Counted from the first letter of the stretch, positions 9,001-17,518 are shown. The stretch: DNA of 32,000 nucleotides from Acaryochloris marina MBIC11017 (GCF_000018105.1 NC_009925.1:1530001-1562000); one strand, 5' to 3'. Numbers and translations are program-made. The notes: generated by a model from the letters alone, not told the origin.

Positions 9001-9468
9001 TTACATCAATAAAGTTCGAGTAAGTTGTAGTGCAGGCCCCATTAGTTCAGATTCTTCGGGTGATAAATGATCTTCCACGACTTTAGGCATTTCTTGCCAA
9101 GTGAGCGAGGAAGCTTCCTCGCTCTGAATAGCACGTACGATGGTTCCTTGCCATATTAATAACCCCTCACGCAGTCTATCTACATCATTGAACAACATCG
9201 CTGCGGCTGAGTGACGTAGCGTATTTTTCCGATCTCGACGGCATATCTCTGAACAATCTTCAGTTCCCTTCTGAAAGATCTGAGGATCAATCGATTTAAG
9301 GTTCTCCTCCACCTGATCCATGATCACCTCTTCAGCATCTCGAACTTTTTCATAGGTACTTATACGTTGACGCACAGAGCCAAGATAGGCTTTTAAGAAT
9401 GCCAGTTCTTGTTCTGTCGCATAGCGGCCATCTGTTTCAATTCGCAAGTTTTTGAGTTGTGAAAACAT
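9001..9468 (-). CDS. phycobilisome-protein-like (globin-fold) protein
   Basis: 155 aa, all-helical. The N-terminal DGRYATEQELAFLKAY..R...YEK and central ICRRDRKNTLRHSAAAML blocks match, from memory, the phycobiliprotein fold family (PF00502-like). This includes a C-x-R-D motif at the position of the bilin-attachment Cys. The gene lies 26 nt downstream of the ferredoxin gene on the same strand. Confidence 0.7.
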   Translation of the reverse strand: MFSQLKNLRIETDGRYATEQELAFLKAYLGSVRQRISTYEKVRDAEEVIMDQVEENLKSIDPQIFQKGTEDCSEICRRDRKNTLRHSAAAMLFNDVDRLREGLLIWQGTIVRAIQSEEASSLTWQEMPKVVEDHLSPEESELMGPALQLTRTLLM

Positions 9469-9494
9469 GAGATATCTCCTTGATCAATATTGAT

Positions 9495-9977
9495 TTAATT
9501 CAGCTGGGAAGTTGCAACTTGAGTGGCAACTTCACTTTGGGTTTCTTTCAGTTGAGTAATCATGGATCGAGTAATCAATTTTCCCGTCTCCACTAGGACT
9601 CGGCCATCAAGAGGATGCAAGATATTCTCCTCAGTGCGACGACCAATCAGATTTTCAATCTCACTCATCTCACTGAGATACATGCCAGATGGAAGCTCTA
9701 CGACCACACCTTCGCCGACGACCTTACTTTGGCAAGCCAGGCGGGACTGATGCTGGCATGTTGCAATTACCCCCAATGTGCGGCGTTCCCGGCGACTCAC
9801 TGGCGATAAATGCTCCATCCCCTCTTTGATGAAGATATGGCAAGTTGCACACATGCCCCTGCCCCCACATTCCTGTAAGACCTGCAATTCTTGCTTTAGT
9901 AACACCGACAGCAAATGATCGTTGGTACTCACAGTTGCTTCTTGGCCAATCGGGTCCAGTCTGACGACCTTTGACAT
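9495..9977 (-). CDS. [2Fe-2S] ferredoxin-domain protein with C-terminal extension
   Basis: 160 aa. Cys pattern C-x5-C-x2-C...C (ECGGRGMCATCHIF ... SRLACQSKV) is typical of 2Fe-2S ferredoxins. About 60 extra C-terminal residues have no recognisable motif. Confidence 0.85.
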   Translation of the reverse strand: MSKVVRLDPIGQEATVSTNDHLLSVLLKQELQVLQECGGRGMCATCHIFIKEGMEHLSPVSRRERRTLGVIATCQHQSRLACQSKVVGEGVVVELPSGMYLSEMSEIENLIGRRTEENILHPLDGRVLVETGKLITRSMITQLKETQSEVATQVATSQLN

Positions 9978-10687
9978 TCAGATATTCTCCAGAATCGCTT
10001 TCTGATCAACCTCACCAGTGGCCGCTATCTAGTTAGCAGTGATGACAGATTGCCTAGTGAACTATCTCAATGGCCAGTTCAGTTGACATGTTCTATACGG
10101 GTAGGTGAACTTCAGTAAAAACAGTTCATAGCCACCTACATCAAGTGATGGGTTCACAAACCCAACCGGATAGGGTTGGACTTTTCACATTTTTAAAATA
10201 AGCAAGGATAGTAAAGAAAAGGCAGAAGAATTCGGGAAGAATTCAGGAAATCTTATTAATACACTTTTCCTATCAAAGCCATTGCTAAGTTAATAGTAGA
10301 AATAGCTATAAAACTCTGTCAGTATAGATAAGACTGATTGAAGTATTGTATTTCTGATTGAAAACCACATAATCCCAAAAAAAATATCTGAGCCCATCAG
10401 CATCTAGCCACTAGTCCGTATTCCTGCGGTTAGCACGTCAATCCTATGCTTTTAGTGTCTACTAGAAAACTCACTTTTAAAGCTATGAATAGCCATCCTG
10501 TAGTGATTCTTCTAGAGTACTGTGGCCCTATGTAGAAAGATATCGAGCAACCCACCCTTGAATGTCTGTCGCCATTAGTAGGCCGGAAACGCTGCACATC
10601 AATTTCAACAGAGCTATTTGTGAAGCACAACACTCTCTCCCCAACGGATTACTATAAAGATAGTCCTGCAGTATCCACCCAAAAGGG

Positions 10688-11350
10688 ATGACCAAGTCTG
10701 ATCCCAATCGAATATTACGTTTACTGCCCTTTGCAGTTGGGGGGCTAGGCGGAACCCTACTCATGCTGAACCGCCTACTGACCCCAAATTTAACGACATC
10801 CCAAGCTCGCTCCGATGCAGTTGGCGTCATTATCAGTGCTGTACTGATATTGACAGGGTTACTCTGGCAACGAGTTCAACCGCGATCACCTGAAGCGGTC
10901 GAACTGATTGGAGAACAGGGCTTTGAACTCGCACCTCACTTACCAGAATCCATGCAAACGGAGTTGGCTTGGGCCTCTCACATTTTGCTCACCAATACCG
11001 TTACCAAATCTGTGGTGATTTGGTATCGCGATCAGGTATTGCTCCGACGAGGAGTCTTAGGACCGACCTCAACGGTGAAACCTGGTGCCATTGTTGAGCG
11101 GGTTTTGAATACTGGAAAAGCGGTCTATTTAGTAGCCCTGAAGCTTTATCCAGGCAGGGTTGAGTTCAATTATCTCCCTGAAAATACTCAGGGTGTAATC
11201 TGCCAGCCCATTGGTCAGGAAGGCGTTCTTATTTTAGGTGCCAATGTCCCTCGCAGCTACACCAACCAGGATGAAGCATGGGTGAGTGCGATCGCAGATA
11301 AATTAGACAATACCCTCAGCCAACAAGAATCAACCCCCATTTCTGGATAA
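10688..11350 (+). CDS. membrane-anchored protein, probably cofactor-assembly-of-complex-C subunit B-like (CCB2/CCB4, DUF2930)
   Basis: 220 aa with two N-terminal TM helices (LLPFAVGGLGGTLLML; VGVIISAVLILTGLLW) followed by a soluble domain. Size and layout match my recollection of cyanobacterial DUF2930 proteins. Coding status is solid; the family call is tentative. Confidence 0.55.
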   Translation: MTKSDPNRILRLLPFAVGGLGGTLLMLNRLLTPNLTTSQARSDAVGVIISAVLILTGLLWQRVQPRSPEAVELIGEQGFELAPHLPESMQTELAWASHILLTNTVTKSVVIWYRDQVLLRRGVLGPTSTVKPGAIVERVLNTGKAVYLVALKLYPGRVEFNYLPENTQGVICQPIGQEGVLILGANVPRSYTNQDEAWVSAIADKLDNTLSQQESTPISG

Positions 11351-11901
11351 TGTCTGTGGACTTTCTAAGCACTCTTCAAGACCAGCAAATCATTCTGTAT
11401 TGGATCCTTATCGCCGTCATGATCATCGGCGTTATCGGCTCCGTTGTCCCCGCTTTACCAGGCTCTAGCCTTGTACTAATTGCCATCTTGCTCTGGGGCT
11501 TAGTGGTCGGCTTCGGCAAAATTGGCGTGGCCTTGGGGGTCGCCATAGCAGTACTCGTCATCAGCACAGCCGTAGATTTTCTAGCCACTTTTTGGGGAGC
11601 GAAAAAAGCCGGGGTCAGCCGTTGGGGGCAGATTGGCGCAATGGTCGGATTAGTTGCAGTTCTATTTGGCCTTTTACCCCCTGCACTAGTCGTTGGCGGT
11701 CCCATTATTGGTCTGCTGATTGGCCCATTTCTGGGTGCATTTATCGGAGAGTTTTTGTATCGGCGCAACCTCAAGCAGGCATTAAAAGCTGCGGTAGCAG
11801 TCGTTGCTAGCTCCTTGATCGGTAATTTAATTCAGGGTATATTGGCGTTGGGGGCCGTGATTGTCTTTCTCATCACAACTTGGTCGAGTGTAATGGGTTG
11901 A
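11350..11901 (+). CDS. DUF456 family membrane protein
   Basis: 183 aa, very hydrophobic and Gly/Ala-rich. The motif FWGAKKAGVSRWGQIGAMVG...GLLIGPFLGAFIGE is typical of DUF456. The start overlaps the upstream stop by 1 nt (TAATG), implying translational coupling. Confidence 0.8.
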   Translation: MSVDFLSTLQDQQIILYWILIAVMIIGVIGSVVPALPGSSLVLIAILLWGLVVGFGKIGVALGVAIAVLVISTAVDFLATFWGAKKAGVSRWGQIGAMVGLVAVLFGLLPPALVVGGPIIGLLIGPFLGAFIGEFLYRRNLKQALKAAVAVVASSLIGNLIQGILALGAVIVFLITTWSSVMG

Positions 11902-12080
11902 CAAGGCGACTCGAGCAAGCCCAACTATTCCATCATTTTGCACAACAGGTGAATTACACGCCCCATATTGAGCGTAGATCCCCTACTGCAACTAGTAGAC
12001 ACGAATCGATGCAGATTCTAGGTCTGCACGAAATCTAGAGAGTTTTGCAAGCCCCACCCATAGAACCCGCGGTCTTATTA

Positions 12081-12126
12081 GGTCTCAGAATTTCGAGGTC
12101 TAACGAGATCTTGGAATTCTGAGACC
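12081..12126 (+). terminator. long stem-loop between convergent genes (candidate 3' end structure of the DUF2930-DUF456 operon)
   Basis: Perfect 12-bp arms GGTCTCAGAATT (12081-12092) and AATTCTGAGACC (12115-12126). As plus-strand RNA the stem extends inward to about 21 bp using three G-U pairs, closing on loop AACG (12102-12105). Only a weak AUUU tail follows. Confidence 0.4.
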
Positions 12127-12164
12127 ATTTCAGCTCATGACTCTAAGGTAAACGCGTTTGACTC

Positions 12165-15100
12165 TCAAACTTGATCAGGATTTTCAATCACCATAAATAC
12201 ATGGTCTTTGAGTAAGTCTGCACCTACACCTGCAAAGAAAGCCAGATGATCGCCTGTACTTGCAACGCTTACCGCTGAGCTGTGTCCTACAGAGGTAACC
12301 CTAAGGTCGTTAAATGAGAGGTGCTCGGCCATCAAGATCACTTTATCAACAGCTACATCAAAATCAAGAATATAATCTCTCTCTTCACCCGGTTCAAGGA
12401 CAAAAGTATCTGATCCTGCGCCACCAACCAGCAGATCTTTACCGTTTCCACCTCTCAATCGATCATGACCATCACCGCCAAACAGATAATCACGACCATG
12501 GCCTCCTAGCAACTCATCATCACCCGATCCTCCCTTGAGAGTATCCTTGCCAGCATTACCCTGAATATGATCATTACCACCCCGTCCAAATAGATGATCG
12601 TCACCGCCAAGGCCTCTAATGGTGTCATGTCCATCCATACCGACAAGTTTGTCATGGCCATGAGTCCCATGCAGCACTTTGCCCGAGCTAGTATTTTCTT
12701 CGCCATCTCCTGAATCATTCTCATTTCTCTCCTCTCCCTCATCATCCGAATCATTATCTTCATTCGAGAAATCATCGTTCAAGATAGTGGTGGTGGCAGA
12801 GTCGGTGCTAATAGTTGCGATGCCGGGGGCAGTTCCATTCGAAAGGGACACCACAATGGTTTCATCAGGCTCTATATGCGTGTCGCCTAATACATCAAGG
12901 GTGATGGTTTTGCTAGTTTCATCGACACCAAAATTGATAGTCCCAGTTAAACCAGATGCGCTACTGGTACCGCCAATATTGTTGAAATCTTCCGTATTGG
13001 TTGCAGTACCTCCAAACGTAAAGTCAACACTGCTAGCGGTTTGAGTAGAGCCAGTTCGAGTGACTGTGAAGGTGACTTGTTGGGCTCCACTATCTCCCTC
13101 AGTCAGCGTGACTGGACTTGTTGTTATAGCGTAGTCAATATCAGCTGGGGGTGGTGGCGGAGGTGGAGCAACATCATCATTCAAGATGGTTGTGGTTGCA
13201 GAGCTAGTACTGATAGTCACTGTACCAGGTGCAGTCCCATTGGCAAGGGACACCACAATAGTCTCATCTGGCTCAATATCAGTATCACCTAGAACATCAA
13301 GGGTAATCGTTTTGCTAGTTTCATCTGCTCCAAAATTGATAGTTCCGGTTAAACCAGCAGCACCACTAGTTCCGCCAATATTGTTAAAGTCTTCCGTATT
13401 AGTAGCTGTACCACCAAACGCAAAGTCAACACTGCTGGCATCTTGAGTGGCCCCTGTTCGAGTCACTGTAAATGTGACTTGCTGTGCTCCACTATCTCCC
13501 TCAGTGACATTTACTGCACTCGTCTCGATGACGTAATCAATATCAGCAGGTGGAGGTGGTGCAGCATCATCGTTCAAGATAGTTGTGGTCGCTGAATCGA
13601 TACTAATAGTTGCGGTGCCAGGAGCAGTTCCATTAGCAAGGGACACAACGATGGTCTCATCTAGCTCAATATCAGTGTCACCCAAGACATCCAACGTGAT
13701 GGTTTTACTGGTTTCATCTGCTGCAAAATTGATCGTTCCAGTTAAACCAGCAGCACCACTGGTGCCACCAATATTATTGAAATCTTCAGTATTAGTTGCC
13801 GTACCATCAAAACTGAAATCGATGCTGCTGGCAACTTGAGTAGCCCCTGTTCGAGTGACTGTGAAAGTGACTTGTTGGGTTCCGCTATCTCCCTCAGTCA
13901 ACGTGACTGGATTTGTTGCTATGGCGTAGTCAATATCAGCTGGGGGTGGGGGCGGCGGTGGAGCAACATCATCGTTCAAGATAGTTGTGGTCGCAGAGTT
14001 AGTGCTGATAGTCGCTGTACCAGGAGCAGTCCCATTGGCAAGGGAAACAACGATAGTCTCATCTAGCTCAATATCAGTGTCACCCAAGACATCCAACGTG
14101 ATGGTTTTACTGGTTTCATCTGCTCCAAAATTGATAGTTCCAGTTAAACCGGATGCACCACTGGTGCCGCCAATATTGTTGAAATCTTCCGTATTCGTTG
14201 CTGTGCCACCAAAACTGAAGTCAACACTGCTAGCGTTTTGAGTCGCTCCTGTTCGAGTAACCGTAAAGGTAACTTGTTGGGCTCCGCTATCTCCTTCTGT
14301 GAGTGTGACTGGATTTGTTGCTATAGCGTAGTCAATATCAGCTGGGGGTGGAGGCGGAGGTGGACCAACATCATCGTTCAAGATGGTTGTGGTTGCAGAG
14401 CCAGTGCTGATAGTCGCTGTGCCAGGAGAAGTAGGGTTGGCAAGAGACACAACGATGGTTTCATCGGGTTCAATATTGGTGTCGCCCAGAACATCAAGGG
14501 TAATCGTCTTACTGGTTTCACCAACACCAAAATTAATAGTGCCCGTTAATCCCGAAGCACCACTGGTGCCACCAATATTAGTGAAATCTTCAGTATTCGT
14601 TGCTGTGCCACCAATCGTAAAGTCAATGCTTGTAGCAGCTTGAGCAGCAGCCACTTGAGAGAACGCACTGCTAGTAGATTGAGTCGTACCTGTTCCTGTT
14701 TGAATAACTGCAGCGCTAGCAACCTGAGTGATCTCTGTCCGAGTGACGGTGAAGGTGACTTGCTGGGCGCCACTATCCCCCTCAGTGAGCGTTACGGCAC
14801 TCGTCGCTATAGCGTAATCAATATCAGAAGGTGGGAGTATAGGGGTGATATTACTGCCAAGACTATATCTACCAGTTGTGTCACCAACTCCATCAAATAG
14901 AAGGGTATATGTACCACTATTGGCTAACGAGAAACTATCAATTTCAACGTCATCCAACGCAGCATTAGATACATCAGAAGCTAAAACAGTCATGCCATCA
15001 GTATCTAACAAGCGAACGCGTATTCTTTGTAAACCAGATGTGGTCAAATTATCTGCAAAAACTGAGAATTGAGTACCAGCCTGAGCATCAAAAGTATAGG

Positions 15101-16616
15101 CTTCACCATCGCCTGCAAATTCTAAGGTTTCAACTATGTTTGAATTATTACCAATAGTCAAAGCCCCTTGTGTGAAATTGGTTAAGCCAAGGGTGTAATC
15201 ACTAACACTATCTCCTATTCCATCAACTAGGAGAGTATAGGTTCCACTTGTCTCTATCTTGAAAGGTAAAGGAGTATCTCCAAAATTGAGGGTGCCCTCT
15301 CCAATCGCAACATCCCGGTTGCCACCTCGAACACTGGCATCTGAGTCCAGTAATGTCATACCATCCACATCTAGCAGACGGATGCGAAGACCTGGGTTCC
15401 CATCTGTCAAATTATCAACAAAGGCTTCAATTAAGTCTCCAGACTGAGCATCAAAGGTGTAAGACTCTCCATCTCCAGCAAATGCAATATTTCCAGATAG
15501 GCTTTGATTATCATCAATAGTCAAAGCCCCTTGTGTGAAATTGGTTAAGCCAAGGGTGTAATCACTAACACTATCTCCTATTCCATCAACTAGGAGAGTA
15601 TAGGTTCCACTTGTCTCTATCTTGAAAGGTAAAGGAGTATCTCCAAAATTGAGGGTGCCCTCTCCAATCGCAACATCCCGGTTGCCACCTCGAACACTGG
15701 CATCTGAGTCCAGTAATGTCATACCATCCACATCTAGCAGACGGATGCGAAGACCTGGGTTCCCATCTGTCAAATTATCAACAAAGGCTTCAATTAAGTC
15801 TCCAGACTGAGCATCAAAGGTGTAAGACTCTCCATCTCCAGCAAATGCAATATTTCCAGATAGGCTTTGATTATCATCAATAGTCAAAGCCCCTTGTGTG
15901 AAATTGGTTAAGCCAAGGGTGTAATCACTAACACTATCTCCTATTCCATCAACTAGGAGAGTATAGGTTCCACTTGTCTCTATCTTGAAAGGTAAAGGAG
16001 TATCTCCAAAATTGAGGGTGCCCTCTCCAATCGCAACATCCCGGTTGCCACCTCGAACACTGGCATCTGAGTCCAGTAATGTCATACCATCCACATCTAG
16101 CAGACGGATGCGAAGACCTGGGTTCCCATCTGTCAAATTATCAACAAAGGCTTCAATTAAGTCTCCAGACTGAGCATCAAAGGTGTAAGACTCTCCATCT
16201 CCAGCAAATGCAATATTTCCAGATAGGCTTTGATTATCATCAATAGTCAAAGCCCCTTGTGTGAAATTGGTTAAGCCAAGGGTGTAATCACTAACACTAT
16301 CTCCTATTCCATCAACTAGGAGAGTATAGGTTCCACTTGTCTCTATCTTGAAAGGTAAAGGAGTATCTCCAAAATTGAGGGTGCCCTCTCCAATCGCAAC
16401 ATCCCGGTTGCCACCTCGAACACTGGCATCTGAGTCCAGTAATGTCATACCATCCACATCTAGCAGACGGATGCGAAGACCTGGGTTCCCATCTGTCAAA
16501 TTATCAACAAAGGCTTCAATTAAGTCTCCAGACTGAGCTGTGAAGGTATAACTTTGAGTATCTCCTGGGAAAGCAATACTCGCAGCAAGAATTTGGTCAT
16601 CATTTATAGGAGGCAT
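12165..16616 (-). CDS. giant secreted repeat protein: 5 PPC-like modules, 5 Calx-beta modules with polyproline linkers, an acidic linker, RTX calcium-binding repeats and a C-terminal tail (probable T1SS substrate/adhesin)
   Basis: 1483 aa with no N-terminal signal peptide (MPPINDDQIL).
- aa 1-597: five ~120-aa modules with a YTF.A..G......SGTYTLLVDG.GD...YTL pattern, resembling the pre-peptidase C-terminal domain.
- aa 598-1282: five Calx-beta-like modules (DIDY...VTLTEGDSG.QQVTFTVTRTG...EDF...ETSKTITLDVLGDT.IE.DETIVVSL...ILNDD) joined by PPPPPPP linkers.
- aa 1283-1312: acidic linker (NEDNDSDDEGEERNEND).
- aa 1313-1407: GGxGxD nonapeptide RTX repeats (GLGGDDHLFGRGGNDHIQGNAGKDTLKGGSGDDELLGGHGRDYLFGGDGHDRLRGGNGKDLLVGGAGSD). 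Confidence 0.95.
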   Translation of the reverse strand: MPPINDDQILAASIAFPGDTQSYTFTAQSGDLIEAFVDNLTDGNPGLRIRLLDVDGMTLLDSDASVRGGNRDVAIGEGTLNFGDTPLPFKIETSGTYTLLVDGIGDSVSDYTLGLTNFTQGALTIDDNQSLSGNIAFAGDGESYTFDAQSGDLIEAFVDNLTDGNPGLRIRLLDVDGMTLLDSDASVRGGNRDVAIGEGTLNFGDTPLPFKIETSGTYTLLVDGIGDSVSDYTLGLTNFTQGALTIDDNQSLSGNIAFAGDGESYTFDAQSGDLIEAFVDNLTDGNPGLRIRLLDVDGMTLLDSDASVRGGNRDVAIGEGTLNFGDTPLPFKIETSGTYTLLVDGIGDSVSDYTLGLTNFTQGALTIDDNQSLSGNIAFAGDGESYTFDAQSGDLIEAFVDNLTDGNPGLRIRLLDVDGMTLLDSDASVRGGNRDVAIGEGTLNFGDTPLPFKIETSGTYTLLVDGIGDSVSDYTLGLTNFTQGALTIGNNSNIVETLEFAGDGEAYTFDAQAGTQFSVFADNLTTSGLQRIRVRLLDTDGMTVLASDVSNAALDDVEIDSFSLANSGTYTLLFDGVGDTTGRYSLGSNITPILPPSDIDYAIATSAVTLTEGDSGAQQVTFTVTRTEITQVASAAVIQTGTGTTQSTSSAFSQVAAAQAATSIDFTIGGTATNTEDFTNIGGTSGASGLTGTINFGVGETSKTITLDVLGDTNIEPDETIVVSLANPTSPGTATISTGSATTTILNDDVGPPPPPPPADIDYAIATNPVTLTEGDSGAQQVTFTVTRTGATQNASSVDFSFGGTATNTEDFNNIGGTSGASGLTGTINFGADETSKTITLDVLGDTDIELDETIVVSLANGTAPGTATISTNSATTTILNDDVAPPPPPPPADIDYAIATNPVTLTEGDSGTQQVTFTVTRTGATQVASSIDFSFDGTATNTEDFNNIGGTSGAAGLTGTINFAADETSKTITLDVLGDTDIELDETIVVSLANGTAPGTATISIDSATTTILNDDAAPPPPADIDYVIETSAVNVTEGDSGAQQVTFTVTRTGATQDASSVDFAFGGTATNTEDFNNIGGTSGAAGLTGTINFGADETSKTITLDVLGDTDIEPDETIVVSLANGTAPGTVTISTSSATTTILNDDVAPPPPPPPADIDYAITTSPVTLTEGDSGAQQVTFTVTRTGSTQTASSVDFTFGGTATNTEDFNNIGGTSSASGLTGTINFGVDETSKTITLDVLGDTHIEPDETIVVSLSNGTAPGIATISTDSATTTILNDDFSNEDNDSDDEGEERNENDSGDGEENTSSGKVLHGTHGHDKLVGMDGHDTIRGLGGDDHLFGRGGNDHIQGNAGKDTLKGGSGDDELLGGHGRDYLFGGDGHDRLRGGNGKDLLVGGAGSDTFVLEPGEERDYILDFDVAVDKVILMAEHLSFNDLRVTSVGHSSAVSVASTGDHLAFFAGVGADLLKDHVFMVIENPDQV
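12396..12680 (-). repeat. RTX (hemolysin-type) nonapeptide Ca-binding repeat region
   Basis: About ten consecutive G-G-x-G-x-D-x-L/I-x units in aa 1313-1407 of the giant ORF. Confidence 0.85.
12771..14825 (-). repeat. diverged tandem array of about 400 bp x 5 (Calx-beta modules plus Pro linkers)
   Basis: Module lengths are 162, 134, 131, 134 and 124 aa. Antisense ORFs recur at 13186, 13585, 13987 and 14383, a spacing of 396-402 nt. Unlike the 363-bp array, copies differ at many positions, and module 1 carries a roughly 28-aa insertion. Confidence 0.85.
15152..16538 (-). repeat. perfect 363-bp tandem repeat, about 3.8 copies (encodes identical 121-aa PPC-like modules)
   Basis: Line-by-line comparison at a 363-nt offset shows the units 15152-15514, 15515-15877, 15878-16240 and 16241-16538 to be base-identical. 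Four identical antisense ORFs at 15259, 15622, 15985 and 16348 confirm the phase. Identity breaks at 15151 and at 16539. Confidence 0.95.
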
Positions 16617-17422
16617 TTTTCTACCTAAGATAAGTTTTTATTTATTGCAAAACCTCAAATACAAATGGAATTAGCTTCATCTGTATCCAGCATTCAAAGT
16701 ACACATACCATTAGACTTATAAGGTCTAAAATCAGCATGTGATAATCGCTGCCCAATGATTATCTGAGATACTCAATTAAGTAGCAGCGCTAAGGTAAAA
16801 CTTGGTCTTGAATAGCTATGAGATGAGACCAACCTAGGTTCAAGAAGCGCATCTTGAATTTAGATATAAGAACTATCTATCTTTCGACAGGTGGCTGACT
16901 ACACTTCTAAGATAGAGCACTAAGAACGACATCTTAAGCTTATCTATTGGCCTAGACAGCTACTCTAGAAACATATTAGAAATGTTGAAAGACTATTTTC
17001 ATAAAATACTTTATTTGAGGCATTAAATATTTAAATTTTCTAAAATATATTTTCTCATAAAACTTCTGAAAAAGAATTTAATAGCAACTTGATTACAATA
17101 AGAAATCTACATCTCAATCTCATTTATTTGTCAAAACTTTAATGAAACTTTTTTATATCAATCAACAAAAAATAGAAAAAAGCAAAGAGACAGGAAGTCA
17201 ATAATAGACTTAAAAACATCTCGTCTTCCTAGATTTTTGGGGGAGTTTGTATTACATATGCAGAACAACAGAGGCTTCAGATATCTTGGAAGGAATAAGC
17301 TACCTATCAAAATCTATGGATATCTCTGCTGATTAGATAGGAAAGAGCTGCTTTGTCGTTTGCGATCGCAACTCATCCATCCAAACTTCCTAGCGCCACC
17401 TCACATTTTTCCGTTTTCCCCC

Positions 17423-17454
17423 TTGACTCTCACCCTACGTGAGGTTTCTATCAT
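17423..17454 (+). promoter_or_regulatory. candidate MerR-type promoter/operator with over-long spacer
   Basis: TTGACT (17423-17428), a 20-nt spacer, then TATCAT (17449-17454). The spacer contains the inverted repeat CTCAC-cctac-GTGAG (17429-17443). The site lies 65 nt upstream of the MerR-family start at 17519. Confidence 0.45.
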
Positions 17455-17518
17455 GGAACCATTCACACATGAGGATTGCTTCCCAATGCCGGAGAGAAAC
17501 ATCAGTCAACGGGTTTCT

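Noticed and set aside
10307-10320. NtcA-like site GTAGAAATAGCTAT (GTA-N8-TAT).
   Set aside because: It deviates from GTA-N8-TAC. The nearest -10-like hexamer (TATAGA) is only about 13 nt downstream instead of the roughly 22 nt required for class II NtcA promoters.
15259-16536. Four identical 62-aa plus-strand ORFs (15259, 15622, 15985, 16348), plus the many 75-120-aa plus-strand ORFs between 12314 and 15072.
   Set aside because: All lie antisense to the 1483-aa ORF and simply reiterate with its repeat period. Their low-complexity S/P/V-rich translations have no start or RBS context. They are shadow ORFs of a repeat gene.
15152-16538. Could the regular repeats be a CRISPR array?
   Set aside because: The period is 363 bp with no unique spacers. 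The units are contiguous and in frame within a long ORF. No cas genes are present.
17360-17518. The track's TTG start at 17360, and the ATG at 17453, for the MerR gene.
   Set aside because: They would add 53 or 22 non-conserved residues ahead of the canonical MerR N-terminus MKVGELA, and they overlap the putative -35/-10 elements. ATG 17519 is preferred.
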